This document shows, one piece after another, positions 1 to 8,665 of a DNA stretch of 64,000 bases. Within the stretch, counting starts at the first letter, position 1. Each line of letters starts with the position of its first letter. The stretch covers positions 10,145 through 74,144 of the forward strand of contig CADAQZ010000021.1 of the NCBI GenBank assembly GCA_902790175.1, in the 5' to 3' direction. The DNA comes from an uncultured Eubacteriales bacterium. Its GTDB lineage: Bacteria > Bacillota > Clostridia > Christensenellales > Aristaeellaceae. The notes beneath the pieces are model-generated. The model saw only the letters and a program-made list of their open reading frames with translations. It searched no databases and was not told the origin of the DNA. Made by a program: the position numbers and the translations under genes.

Positions 1-2
1 AC

Positions 3-323
3 GTGCGTACTGAGGAAAAGGGCGAGACCACCCGCGTGGTCATCGGCATGGCCACCTGCGGCATCGCCGCGGGCGCGCGCCCGGTGATGCTGGCCTTCAT
101 GGATGAGATCCAGAAGCGCCAGCTGCCCCACGTGACCGTGTCCCAGACCGGCTGCGTCGGCATGTGCCGCCTCGAGCCCATGGTGGACGTCATCGTCCCG
201 GGCAAGGAAAAGGTCACCTACGTTCACGTGAAGCCGGAGATGGTGCCGCGCATCGTGGCGGAGCACATCGTCAACGGCCGTCCCGTGCAGGAATACACCA
301 TTGGCGCAGCTGAAAACGCTTGA
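3..323 (+). CDS. thioredoxin-like [2Fe-2S] ferredoxin-domain protein of the hydrogenase operon (frame open to window edge; may be 5'-partial)
   Basis: Cys pattern MATCGIAAGA...TGCVGMCRLEP is typical of thioredoxin-like 2Fe-2S modules that accompany NuoE/NuoF-type hydrogenase subunits. The ORF ends 18 nt before the next operon gene. Confidence 0.6.
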   Translation: MRTEEKGETTRVVIGMATCGIAAGARPVMLAFMDEIQKRQLPHVTVSQTGCVGMCRLEPMVDVIVPGKEKVTYVHVKPEMVPRIVAEHIVNGRPVQEYTIGAAENA

Positions 324-341
324 TCGGAGGAATAGAGAGAC

Positions 342-2138
342 ATGGATATTTATCGCGCACACGTGCTCGTCTGCGGTGGTACGGGATGTTCGTCTTCCGG
401 TTCCGCGACGCTGATCGAGCTGTTTGAACAGAAAATCGAGGAGTATGGCCTGGCGAAGGAAGTCAAGGTCATCCGCACCGGCTGCTTCGGCCTCTGCGAA
501 GCCGGCCCCGTGGTCATCATCTATCCGGACGGCACCTTCTACAGCCGCGTGAAGCCCGAAAACGTCGAGGAGATCGTTTCCGAGCACCTGCTCAAGGGCC
601 GCAAGGTGGAGCACCTGGTGTACACCGACCACGCCACCAAGGAGCAGAACGCCGAGAAGGCCCTGGAGGACATCAACTTCTACAAGCACCAGAAGCGCAT
701 CGCGCTGCGCAACTGCGGCGTGATCGACCCCGAGAACATCGACGAATACCTGGCCATGGACGGCTATCGCGCGCTGGAGAAGGCCCTGACCACCATGACG
801 CGCGAGCAGGTCATCGACGAGGTGCTCAAGTCCGGCCTGCGCGGCCGCGGCGGCGCGGGCTTCCCCACCGGCATGAAGTGGAAGTTCGCCTACAACAGCG
901 TCAACGACCAGAAGTACGTGGCCTGCAACGCCGACGAGGGCGACCCGGGCGCGTTCATGGACCGCTCCATCCTGGAGGGCGACCCGCACTCCGTGATCGA
1001 GGCCATGGCGATCGCCGGCTATGCCATCGGCGCCAGCGAGGGCTATATCTACGTCCGCGCCGAGTATCCCATCGCCGTCAAGCGCCTGCAGGTGGCCATC
1101 AAGCAGGCCGAGGAATACGGCCTGCTGGGCGACAACATCTTTGAAACCGGCTTCAACTTCCACCTGTTCATCCGCCTCGGCGCCGGCGCGTTCGTCTGCG
1201 GCGAGGAGACGGCCCTGATGCACTCCATCGAGGGCAAGCGCGGCGAGCCGACCACCCGTCCCCCGTTCCCGGCGGTGAAGGGCCTGTTCGAGAAGCCCAC
1301 GATGCTCAACAACGTGGAGACCTACGCGAACGTCGCGCAGATCATCCTCCACGGCGCCGACTGGTACAACGCCATCGGCACCGAGAAGAGCAAGGGCACC
1401 AAGGTGTTCGCGCTGGGCGGCAAGATCAACAACACCGGCCTGGTCGAGGTCCCGATGGGCACCACGCTGCGCACCGTCATCTTCGACGTCGGCGGCGGCT
1501 GTCCCAACGGCAAGAAGTTCAAGGCCGTGCAGACCGGCGGTCCCTCCGGCGGCTGCCTGCCCGAGGCCCTGCTGGACACCCCCGTCGATTACGAGAACCT
1601 GATCGCGGCGGGCTCCATGATGGGCTCCGGCGGCATGATCGTCATGGACGAGGACAACTGCATGGTGGACATCGCCCGCTTCTATATGGACTTCATCGTC
1701 GATGAGTCCTGCGGCAAGTGCACGCCCTGCCGCGTGGGCACCAAGCGCATGCTGGAGATCCTGACCCGCATCGTCGAGGGCAAGGGCGAGGAAGGCGACA
1801 TCGAGAAGCTGGAAGAGCTGGCGCAGACCATCAAGAACACCGCGCTGTGCGGCCTGGGCCAGACGGCGGCCAACCCCGTGCTGTCCACGCTGCGGTTCTT
1901 CCGCGACGAGTACGAGGCGCACATCAAGGAAAAGCGCTGCCCCGCCCATCACTGCAAGAACCTGCTGCAGTACGTCATCACCGACAAGTGCAAGGGCTGC
2001 ACGGCCTGCGCGCGCGTGTGCCCCGCCGGCGCCATCACCGGCGAGATCAAGCAGCAGCACAGCATTGACCCGAAGAAGTGCCTGAAGTGCGGCGCGTGCA
2101 TGGAGAAGTGCCGCTTCGGCGCCATCATCAAGAAATAA
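342..2138 (+). CDS. hydB: NuoF-like NADH/FMN-binding subunit (HydB type) of a multimeric, probably electron-bifurcating [FeFe]-hydrogenase
   Basis: 598-aa ORF with GGAGGA RBS. N-terminal 2Fe-2S thioredoxin-like domain (VCGGTGC...CFGLCEAGP). NuoF motifs GRGGAGFPTGMKW, CNADEGDPGAF, FVCGEETAL, ESCGKCTPCR. Two C-terminal CxxCxxCxxxCP ferredoxin motifs. Confidence 0.9.
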   Translation: MDIYRAHVLVCGGTGCSSSGSATLIELFEQKIEEYGLAKEVKVIRTGCFGLCEAGPVVIIYPDGTFYSRVKPENVEEIVSEHLLKGRKVEHLVYTDHATKEQNAEKALEDINFYKHQKRIALRNCGVIDPENIDEYLAMDGYRALEKALTTMTREQVIDEVLKSGLRGRGGAGFPTGMKWKFAYNSVNDQKYVACNADEGDPGAFMDRSILEGDPHSVIEAMAIAGYAIGASEGYIYVRAEYPIAVKRLQVAIKQAEEYGLLGDNIFETGFNFHLFIRLGAGAFVCGEETALMHSIEGKRGEPTTRPPFPAVKGLFEKPTMLNNVETYANVAQIILHGADWYNAIGTEKSKGTKVFALGGKINNTGLVEVPMGTTLRTVIFDVGGGCPNGKKFKAVQTGGPSGGCLPEALLDTPVDYENLIAAGSMMGSGGMIVMDEDNCMVDIARFYMDFIVDESCGKCTPCRVGTKRMLEILTRIVEGKGEEGDIEKLEELAQTIKNTALCGLGQTAANPVLSTLRFFRDEYEAHIKEKRCPAHHCKNLLQYVITDKCKGCTACARVCPAGAITGEIKQQHSIDPKKCLKCGACMEKCRFGAIIKK

Positions 2139-2157
2139 TCGTGCGGAGGATTGAGCA

Positions 2158-3906
2158 ATGGATAATATGATCACCCTGACGATTGACGGCATCGAAGTTC
2201 AGGCTCCCCAGGGTTCAACCGTTCTGGAGGCTGCTAGGCTTGCCGGCATTCGCATTCCCACACTTTGCTTCCTGAAGGGCATCAACGAGATCGGCGCTTG
2301 CCGCATGTGCGTGGTGGATTCCGGCGCGCGTTCGCTGCAGGCGGCCTGCGTGCTGCCCGCTGCCAACGGCATGAAGGTCAAGACCAACACGCCCGAGATT
2401 CGCGCCTATCGCAAGAACATCCTGGAGCTGCTGCTCTCCACGCACGAGAAGAAGTGCCTGAGCTGCGTGCGCAGCCAGAACTGCGAGCTGCAGGCGCTGT
2501 GTAAGGAGTTGGGCGTCGAGGACGGCGACAAGTTCGAGGGCTTCAAGGTCAACTACACCATCGACGACCTGTCCCCCTCCATCGTGCGCGACAACAACAA
2601 GTGCGTGCTGTGCCGCCGCTGCGTGGCCGTCTGTCAGAAGGTTCAGAACGTCGGCGTCATCGGCCCGGTGAACCGCGGCATGAAGACGGCGATCGAGAGC
2701 CCCTGGGAGATGCACCTGAGCGAGATGAGCTGCATCAACTGCGGCCAGTGCATCGTGAACTGCCCCGTCGGCGCGCTGTATGAGAAGGACGACACCAAGA
2801 AGGTCTGGGACCTGCTGCGCGACCCGTCCAAGCACGTGGTCGTCCAGCCCGCCCCCGCCGTTCGCGCCGCGCTGGGCGAGGAGTTCGGCCTGCCGATGGG
2901 CACGTCCGTGACCGGCAAGATGGCCAGCGCCCTCAAGCGCCTGGGCTTCGACAAGGTGTTCGACACCGACTTCGGCGCCGACCTGACCATCATGGAAGAG
3001 GCCAACGAGCTGGTGGAGCGCATCAAGAATGGTGGCGTGCTGCCGATGATCACCTCCTGCTCCCCCGGCTGGATCAAGTACTGCGAAACCTATCATCCGG
3101 ACTTCCTGCCGAACCTGTCCAGCTGCAAGTCTCCCCATGAGATGCTGGGCGCGATGGTGAAGACCTACTACGCCGAGAAGGCCGGCATCGATCCCAAGGA
3201 CATCGCGGTCGTCTCCGTCATGCCCTGCACGGCCAAGAAGTTCGAGGCCGCGCGCCCCGAGCTGGGCCACAACGGCCTGGCCGACGTGGACGTGGTCATC
3301 ACCACCCGCGAGCTGGCCCGCATGATCAAGGAGGCCAACATTAACTTCAACCTCCTGCCCGACGGCGACTTTGACAGCCTGATGGGCGAGAGCACCGGCG
3401 CGGCCGTCATCTTCGGCGCGACCGGCGGCGTCATGGAGGCCGCGCTGCGCACCGCCTACGAGGTCATCACCGGCGAGAAGCTGGAGAACGTCGACTTCCA
3501 CGACGTGCGCGGCATCGAGGGCATCAAGGAAGCCACCGTGAACATCGGCGGCACCGACGTGAACGTGGCCGTGGCCAACGGCACCGGCAACGCCACCAAG
3601 CTCCTGGAGCGCGTCAAGAACGGCGAGAAGAAGTACACCTTCCTCGAGGTCATGGCCTGCCCCGGCGGCTGCGTCAACGGCGGCGGCCAGCCCATCGTGT
3701 CGGCCGAGACCAAGATGGATGTGGACGTGCGCGTCGAGCGCGCGAAGGCGCTGTACGGCGAGGACGTCGCCAAGCCCCTGCGCAAGAGCCACGAGAACGC
3801 GGAGATCAAGCAGATCTACGCCGACTTCCTGGACAAGCCCGGCAGCCATTTGGCGCACGAACTGCTGCACACCACCTACCAGAAGCGCGAGAAGTACAGC
3901 AAGTAA
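2158..3906 (+). CDS. hydA: [FeFe]-hydrogenase catalytic subunit (group A, multimeric type)
   Basis: 582-aa ORF with GGAGGA RBS. N-terminal 2Fe-2S and 4Fe-4S ferredoxin Cys clusters. H-cluster signatures TSCSPGW, MPCTAKKFE, EVMACPGGCVNGGGQP. Confidence 0.92.
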   Translation: MDNMITLTIDGIEVQAPQGSTVLEAARLAGIRIPTLCFLKGINEIGACRMCVVDSGARSLQAACVLPAANGMKVKTNTPEIRAYRKNILELLLSTHEKKCLSCVRSQNCELQALCKELGVEDGDKFEGFKVNYTIDDLSPSIVRDNNKCVLCRRCVAVCQKVQNVGVIGPVNRGMKTAIESPWEMHLSEMSCINCGQCIVNCPVGALYEKDDTKKVWDLLRDPSKHVVVQPAPAVRAALGEEFGLPMGTSVTGKMASALKRLGFDKVFDTDFGADLTIMEEANELVERIKNGGVLPMITSCSPGWIKYCETYHPDFLPNLSSCKSPHEMLGAMVKTYYAEKAGIDPKDIAVVSVMPCTAKKFEAARPELGHNGLADVDVVITTRELARMIKEANINFNLLPDGDFDSLMGESTGAAVIFGATGGVMEAALRTAYEVITGEKLENVDFHDVRGIEGIKEATVNIGGTDVNVAVANGTGNATKLLERVKNGEKKYTFLEVMACPGGCVNGGGQPIVSAETKMDVDVRVERAKALYGEDVAKPLRKSHENAEIKQIYADFLDKPGSHLAHELLHTTYQKREKYSK

Positions 3907-3928
3907 TCGCGCCAAAGTTAAAAGACGA

Positions 3929-3961
3929 CCGGCTCCCATTTCGGGAGCCGGTTTGTTTTTT
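3929..3961. terminator. bidirectional intrinsic terminator between convergent hydA and the NusG-paralog gene
   Basis: Stem CCGGCTCCC (3929-3937) / GGGAGCCGG (3943-3951), 5-nt loop. T-run TTTGTTTTTT follows on the + strand and an A-run (AAAAGACGA) precedes it, giving a T-run on the - strand. Confidence 0.8.
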
Positions 3962-3964
3962 CGT

Positions 3965-4486
3965 TTATTCCATCGGGATCTGCGGCTTCTCGTCGTCTTC
4001 GATCATTTCGTAACCCACCCACACGTTCATGATGTTGCCGTCGAAGTTGTACCGCAGCAGCGCGCGGCCCTTGCGCCGGTCCAGCTTGATGATCTCGCCC
4101 TGGAAGTCGCCCATCGCGCCCTGCGCCAGCTTCACGCGGTCGCCCTCTTTGTAGGTCTTCATGATGCCGATGACGCCGTCGTGGGCGTAAAGCATCTGGG
4201 CGAAGCGCCAGTCGTCGCCCTCCAGCTGATACTGGGTCTCACGGCGGCCCAGGAAGCGCAGCAGGCCCTCCATCTGCCACATCTCGCGGAAGCGCGTGAT
4301 CGGCTCCTCGGTGTACACGAACACGTAGCCGGGCAGGTAGTCCTTGATCTCCTCGTGGCAGGTCCCCTTGATCCACTTGCGCTGCACGATCTTCGGAGAG
4401 AAGGCGATGTAGCCGAACTTCTGCCGAATCGCCGTCGCCACCAGCGCGCTCTTGACGGTGTTGCAGAACAGACAGTAGGAATACAT
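3965..4486 (-). CDS. specialised NusG-family transcription antitermination paralog (NGN + KOW), LoaP/UpxY-like by context
   Basis: 173 aa with GGAAGGAGGG RBS. NGN-like N-terminus (YCLFC..., LPGYVFVY). C-terminal KOW motif GDRVKLAQGAMGDFQGEIIKLDRRKGRALL. Too short and divergent for housekeeping NusG, and not located next to secE/rplK. Confidence 0.7.
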   Translation of the reverse strand: MYSYCLFCNTVKSALVATAIRQKFGYIAFSPKIVQRKWIKGTCHEEIKDYLPGYVFVYTEEPITRFREMWQMEGLLRFLGRRETQYQLEGDDWRFAQMLYAHDGVIGIMKTYKEGDRVKLAQGAMGDFQGEIIKLDRRKGRALLRYNFDGNIMNVWVGYEMIEDDEKPQIPME

Positions 4487-4530
4487 GGGCCCTCCTTCCC
4501 CGCGCCGCGCGCGATTCGTCGTACCATCCT

Positions 4531-4559
4531 ATTTTACCGAATGCGCCCGACAATGTCAA
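4531..4559 (-). promoter_or_regulatory. sigma-70-type promoter of the NusG paralog
   Basis: Minus strand reads TTGACA (4554-4559) - 17 nt - TAAAAT (4531-4536), about 45 nt upstream of the ATG at 4486. Confidence 0.55.
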
Positions 4560-4828
4560 ATGGTTTCTGCCCGCCATCGCCCGACCGGCCGCCCAAAATA
4601 GTCTGTCCCCGCCGATTGAAGTGCCGACGAACCGCCGGCGCCCGGGCGGGGAACAGTGGGTTTTGGTTATTTATATAAACGAGAGTGGCGACCCCCGATG
4701 CTGCAATTATATATGCCATTCATGTACTCAGTATGAACGCAGCGCGGCAAATCCGGCTCATCCCCCGCTCAAACTTCTCTCTTTTGTGGAATTGTTTGTT
4801 ACATTCCTCGGACGGCAGGGAATGGAGA

Positions 4829-4857
4829 TTGACGGAGGGGTAAAAGTACGATATAAT
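4829..4857 (+). promoter_or_regulatory. sigma-70-type promoter of the PCP-like gene pair
   Basis: TTGACG (4829-4834) - 17 nt - TATAAT (4852-4857), about 60 nt upstream of the ATG at 4918. Confidence 0.55.
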
Positions 4858-4917
4858 ACATGTGTAGGATTGGGTAGTTATACGCATACCGGCCCGGCGG
4901 CGCGCCTGGAGCGATCC

Positions 4918-6648
4918 ATGTCGAACGCCCGGCCGGCGAAAAACGAAATGGAGGATAGAGGCTTGGATAACAACGAAAGAAGGGACAACGGGCTGACCAT
5001 CGACAAGGACGCCCAGATTCAGGTGCTGGTGAGCAACCCCGGCGGCGACGAGGACACCATCGACCTGGGCCGCGTGTTCCACACGATGAAGCTGCGCTGG
5101 CGCATCTATGCGTGGGTGCTGGTGCTGTGCATGGTCGTGGGCCTGTGCGCGCCGCTGGTGCTGTATCAGTTCACGCGGGAGCCGCTGAAGGTCTCCTCCG
5201 TGGTGACGCTGAAGTACGAGGTGCAGGACCCTGCCCTGACCGCCGCGGAGCTTGCAGCGCTGGGACCGAAGGACGAGATCCCGATGGTGCCGGTGGAGGA
5301 CCTGACCGCGCCGAACGGCGTGACGCTGGAAAAGACGGAGGACGGCACGAAGGCCGTCAAGAAGAAGGAGCTGGACCTGACCCAGATCACATCCTCCTAC
5401 GTGCTGTCGAGCGCACTGGAGGGGATGGAGCTGTCCCAACCGTTGCAGATCGGCGCGCTTCGCAGCAACATCGGCATCGAGCGCATCCTTTCCGAGGAGA
5501 GCCGGAGGCAGCAGGAAGTGGCCGCCAGCATGGTGGAGGAGAAGAACTCCGGCGCCTATCAGCTGGTGCAGGACCTGCAGCTGCAGTACGAGAACACGTT
5601 CGTGGTCTCGCTGACGAACGGCTTCAGCAACGGCGACGAGGATAAGAACAAGATCGAGCTGACGGACGCGGAGCTTCGCCAGCTGCTGGACCGCATCCTC
5701 ACGGCCTACAATGATTACCTGGTGGAGACCTACGCGGACACCAAGCTGCCCGACGACGAGATCTCCGTCATCGATGTGAACGACACCGACATCCTGGAGA
5801 GCCTGGACCAGCTGCGCGCCGCCCTGCGGAACCTGTACGAATACTGCGACGCGAAGTCCGGCTCCGTCAAGGCCTACCGCTCCTGGCGGACGGGCCGCTC
5901 GCTGGTGGACTGGATGGAGACGCTGGAGACGGTGCAGGAGGTCAACGTGGAATACCTGTATTCCTACGTCTATACCAACAGCATCGTCAAGGACAAGAAC
6001 ACGATGGTCACCAACTACCAGTACCAGCTGCGCGACGCGCAGACCCAGCTGGACGTGATCAACGAGAACATCGCGACGACCCAGTCCATCCTCGACACCT
6101 ACAAGAACGACGAGATCTACGTGTCGATGGAGGAGAGCGACGCGACGAAGTCGACGAAGACGACGACGGACTACTACAACGAGTTGATCCTCCAGCAGTC
6201 CGAGAACTACGCCCAGGCGATGGAGCTCGAGGCGAAGATCGTGGACCTGCAGGACAAGATCAACAGCCTGGGTGCCGTGACCACCTGGTCCGCCTACGAG
6301 GCCGAGAAGTCGAGCATCGAGGAGGCCGGCAACGAGCTGCAGACCGCCATCGACGCCTCCCTCGCGGTGTACAACTCGATCCGCGCGCACATGGAGGAGC
6401 TGATGGAGCAGCCGCTGTACACGACCTACGCGGCCCACAGCGCGGCGCTCGGCAAGTCCGACAACTTCCTGAAGGCCTCGATGAAGAACATGATCATCGG
6501 GCTGGTCGCCGGCGCGGTGATCGGCTGCGGCCTGTGGTTCCTGAGCGGCCTCGCGCCGGAGTTCTCGCACAAGCGGGAGGACGAAAAGGAGAAGAAGGCC
6601 CAGGACAGGGATGCAAAGGGCACGGGAAAGGAGGCGGCTGAACAATGA
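4918..6648 (+). CDS. Wzz/polysaccharide co-polymerase (PCP)-like membrane protein, long coiled-coil periplasmic/extracytoplasmic region, no kinase domain
   Basis: The ORF-track frame starts at 4621, but a promoter lies inside that extension. ATG 4918 is preceded by TGGAG; an alternative TTG at 4963 follows GGAGGA. Wzz-type N-terminus DTIDLGRVFHTMKLRWRIYAWVLVLCMVVGLCAPLVL (TM1), ~450 aa of heptad-rich sequence, then C-terminal TM IIGLVAGAVIGCGLWFLSGL. Confidence 0.65.
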   Translation: MSNARPAKNEMEDRGLDNNERRDNGLTIDKDAQIQVLVSNPGGDEDTIDLGRVFHTMKLRWRIYAWVLVLCMVVGLCAPLVLYQFTREPLKVSSVVTLKYEVQDPALTAAELAALGPKDEIPMVPVEDLTAPNGVTLEKTEDGTKAVKKKELDLTQITSSYVLSSALEGMELSQPLQIGALRSNIGIERILSEESRRQQEVAASMVEEKNSGAYQLVQDLQLQYENTFVVSLTNGFSNGDEDKNKIELTDAELRQLLDRILTAYNDYLVETYADTKLPDDEISVIDVNDTDILESLDQLRAALRNLYEYCDAKSGSVKAYRSWRTGRSLVDWMETLETVQEVNVEYLYSYVYTNSIVKDKNTMVTNYQYQLRDAQTQLDVINENIATTQSILDTYKNDEIYVSMEESDATKSTKTTTDYYNELILQQSENYAQAMELEAKIVDLQDKINSLGAVTTWSAYEAEKSSIEEAGNELQTAIDASLAVYNSIRAHMEELMEQPLYTTYAAHSAALGKSDNFLKASMKNMIIGLVAGAVIGCGLWFLSGLAPEFSHKREDEKEKKAQDRDAKGTGKEAAEQ

Positions 6649-8126
6649 AGCGGACGAAGCGGAACGGCCAGACCCATTGGCTGAGGAACACGATCATCGT
6701 GCTGCTGGTTTGCGGCCTCGCGGGGCTGATCCTGGCGGCGGTGCAGTTCAACCTCCATCCCGACCGCACCAGCGCGTCGGCGTCGCTGCAGTTCAGCTTT
6801 GACGGCGCCGCGGAGGGCAACGGTCCCAACGGCAACCCGTTCAACGTGGCCTCGCTGAGCTCCGACGAGGTGCTGGAAGCCGCGCTGAAGGCCTCTGGAA
6901 TGAGCGACAAATACACCGCGGACCAGCTGCGCCAGAACCTGGTCGTGGCCGGCAGCTATCCGGAAAACCTCGTGGAGCAGGTGATGAGCTACGAATCGCT
7001 GATGAGCTTCACGACGAATCGCGAGCTGACGGTGACCGAGTTCCACCCCACGCTGTTCAGCGTGACGCTCTACAACGACTTCGACAAGAATATCTCCAAG
7101 GCGGACCTCGAGAGCCTGCTCGCCAATATCCTCACCGCGTTCCGCGCGTACTTCTCCGACAACTACGCGCTGGACCTGAACTGGGAGGACGACACCATCT
7201 ACGACCTCGAGAAGTACGACTACCCGCAGCAGCTGGAGGTCATGCAGGAGGTCATGACGCAGCAGGCGCGCTACGCGCAGGAGATGTATGAGGTGCAGCC
7301 CACGTTCCGCGTGGACGGGCAGGGCTTCAACGACATCTACGTGCGCATGAACAACCTGATTGACAGCGACATCGCCCGGCTGAACGCCAGCATCACGATC
7401 AACGCCCTGACGCGCAACACCGCCAGGCTGATGACGCAGTACCAGTTCGAGGTCCGGGACCTGACGAACCAGCTGGACAAGAAGAACGAGCAGCTGGACC
7501 GCCTGGACAAGCTGATCGAATCCTACGACAAGAACGAGATCATCTACCTGAGCACCTCGGATTCGCTGACGAAGATCGACGGCAACTCGTCGGAGACCTA
7601 CGACATGCTGGTGAAGGCGCGCAAGCAGGTCTCAGACGACATCACCGAGATCAACTCGAAGATCACGACGTACCAGCTCAAGCTGGCTGACCTGATGAAG
7701 CAGAGCGAGCAGAAGACCGCGACCGCCGCGAAGCCCTCCACAGAACAGGCGCAGGACGGCGAGCAGACCGAGACCATGGCCGTGGAGGAGATCCAAGAGC
7801 TGACGGACGAGGAGATCGCCGCGGCGGCGGAGGCCGCTGAGGAGGCCGCCAAGCGCCAGATCGCCGCGCTGGACAAGGGCATCGCCGCGCTGGTCGAAAA
7901 GCGCGCCGCCGTGACGGAGAGCTTCCAGGCGCTGCTCAAGGCCTACGAGCAGCAGCAGATCAACGAGCAGATGGTGAGCGCGTTTGGCTACCACTACAAC
8001 GCGCCCAAGCTGCTGTCGGGAGCCTTCATCAAGCGCGTCATCAAGACCGCCGGCCCGATCTGCGCGATCGGATTCATCGTCTGCATGATCCTGCTCATCC
8101 GCAGCCGCAGGAAGGAAAAGGAATAA
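6645..8126 (+). CDS. second Wzz/PCP-like membrane protein, paralog of the preceding gene
   Basis: ATGA start/stop overlap with the upstream gene; AAGGAGG RBS. N-terminal TM NTIIVLLVCGLAGLILAAVQF, coiled-coil middle, C-terminal TM AGPICAIGFIVCMILLI. Alignable blocks with the upstream protein (LANILTAFRAYFSDNYA vs LDRILTAYNDYLVETYA; NEIIYLSTSD vs NEIYVSMEESD). Confidence 0.65.
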   Translation: MKRTKRNGQTHWLRNTIIVLLVCGLAGLILAAVQFNLHPDRTSASASLQFSFDGAAEGNGPNGNPFNVASLSSDEVLEAALKASGMSDKYTADQLRQNLVVAGSYPENLVEQVMSYESLMSFTTNRELTVTEFHPTLFSVTLYNDFDKNISKADLESLLANILTAFRAYFSDNYALDLNWEDDTIYDLEKYDYPQQLEVMQEVMTQQARYAQEMYEVQPTFRVDGQGFNDIYVRMNNLIDSDIARLNASITINALTRNTARLMTQYQFEVRDLTNQLDKKNEQLDRLDKLIESYDKNEIIYLSTSDSLTKIDGNSSETYDMLVKARKQVSDDITEINSKITTYQLKLADLMKQSEQKTATAAKPSTEQAQDGEQTETMAVEEIQELTDEEIAAAAEAAEEAAKRQIAALDKGIAALVEKRAAVTESFQALLKAYEQQQINEQMVSAFGYHYNAPKLLSGAFIKRVIKTAGPICAIGFIVCMILLIRSRRKEKE

Positions 8127-8159
8127 AGCAAAACCCCCGTACAACCCCATAACAAATCC

Positions 8160-8193
8160 GGCCCCTTGTCTCGCGTATGCGGGGCAAGGGGCC
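8160..8193. terminator. hairpin between the convergent PCP-like gene and the SASP gene
   Basis: Perfect 9-bp stem GGCCCCTTG (8160-8168) / CAAGGGGCC (8185-8193) with a 16-nt loop. Flanking U-runs are weak. Confidence 0.4.
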
Positions 8194-8221
8194 GTTCTGG
8201 AGCTTTGCTCCTGTTTCCGTC

Positions 8222-8440
8222 TTAGAAGCGGGAATTGCCGCTCATCTGGCGCTCCTGGGCCTCGATCATCTTCTTGACCATGTTGCCGCCGATGTGGCCG
8301 GCGTCCTTGGCGGAGATGTTGCCGTTGTAGCCCTGGTTCAGGGTGATGCCCAGCTCGTTGGCCACCTCGTGCTTCATGTTGCGCATGGCCTCGCGCGCCT
8401 CGGGAACGTTGATCTGGTTGCTGTTGGAATAGTTCGCCAT
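8222..8440 (-). CDS. alpha/beta-type small acid-soluble spore protein
   Basis: 72 aa from the ATG at 8440 (AAAGGAG RBS; the ORF-track start at 8485 is an extension). Signature EAMRNMKHEVANELGI...SAKDAGHIGGNMVKKMIE. Confidence 0.9.
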   Translation of the reverse strand: MANYSNSNQINVPEAREAMRNMKHEVANELGITLNQGYNGNISAKDAGHIGGNMVKKMIEAQERQMSGNSRF

Positions 8441-8617
8441 GTGAAAGACTCCTTTCAAATTCATTTTCGACTTTCCGGCGCTCACCGTTCAGTCTGACAC
8501 TATTTTGACCCGCGCCCCGCGATTTACACTGGAAAATGCCGACTGTCAGCCGTTTCAAAAAATGGCAAGGATTGTCGAAATGTTGACGCGAAGGCGTTGG
8601 CGCGCAAAAAAGCGCGC

Positions 8618-8651
8618 AAAAAGGCGGCCGGAGCGTTCCGGTCGCCTTTTT
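8618..8651 (-). terminator. intrinsic terminator downstream of the 8666..9595 gene (usable on both strands)
   Basis: Stem GGCGGCCGGA (8623-8632) / TCCGGTCGCC (8637-8646), one mismatch, 4-nt loop, A-run before and T-run after. Confidence 0.6.
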
Positions 8652-8665
8652 GCTGATTTTTCTTG

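Noticed and set aside
2215-3939. 574-aa antisense ORF opposite hydA. Similar very long antisense or off-frame ORFs occur elsewhere: 4720..6645, 7632..8558, 11745..13064, 17265..18233, 19848..20789, 24803..25939, 26944..28326, 31885..33633, 36941..38344, 38275..39624, 40965..42737, 44766..46169, 46343..49672, 49602..53543, 54141..56792, 56985..58994.
   Set aside because: All lie opposite to, or out of frame with, genes that carry unmistakable family motifs. Their products are Arg/Ala/Gly/His/Leu-rich low-complexity strings, typical of stop-codon-poor alternative frames in high-GC DNA. None has an RBS.
4560-4828. About 270-nt, relatively AT-rich spacer between the divergent NusG-paralog and PCP promoters, as a possible small RNA or leader element.
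   Set aside because: No terminator, conserved motif or credible ORF was found, and the predicted promoters face away from it. It may hold regulator binding sites, but nothing specific can be supported.
8441-8560. Forespore sigma-G-type promoter upstream of the SASP gene.
   Set aside because: One is expected on biological grounds, but I could not find a convincing -35/-10 pair with correct spacing by eye, so no feature is reported.
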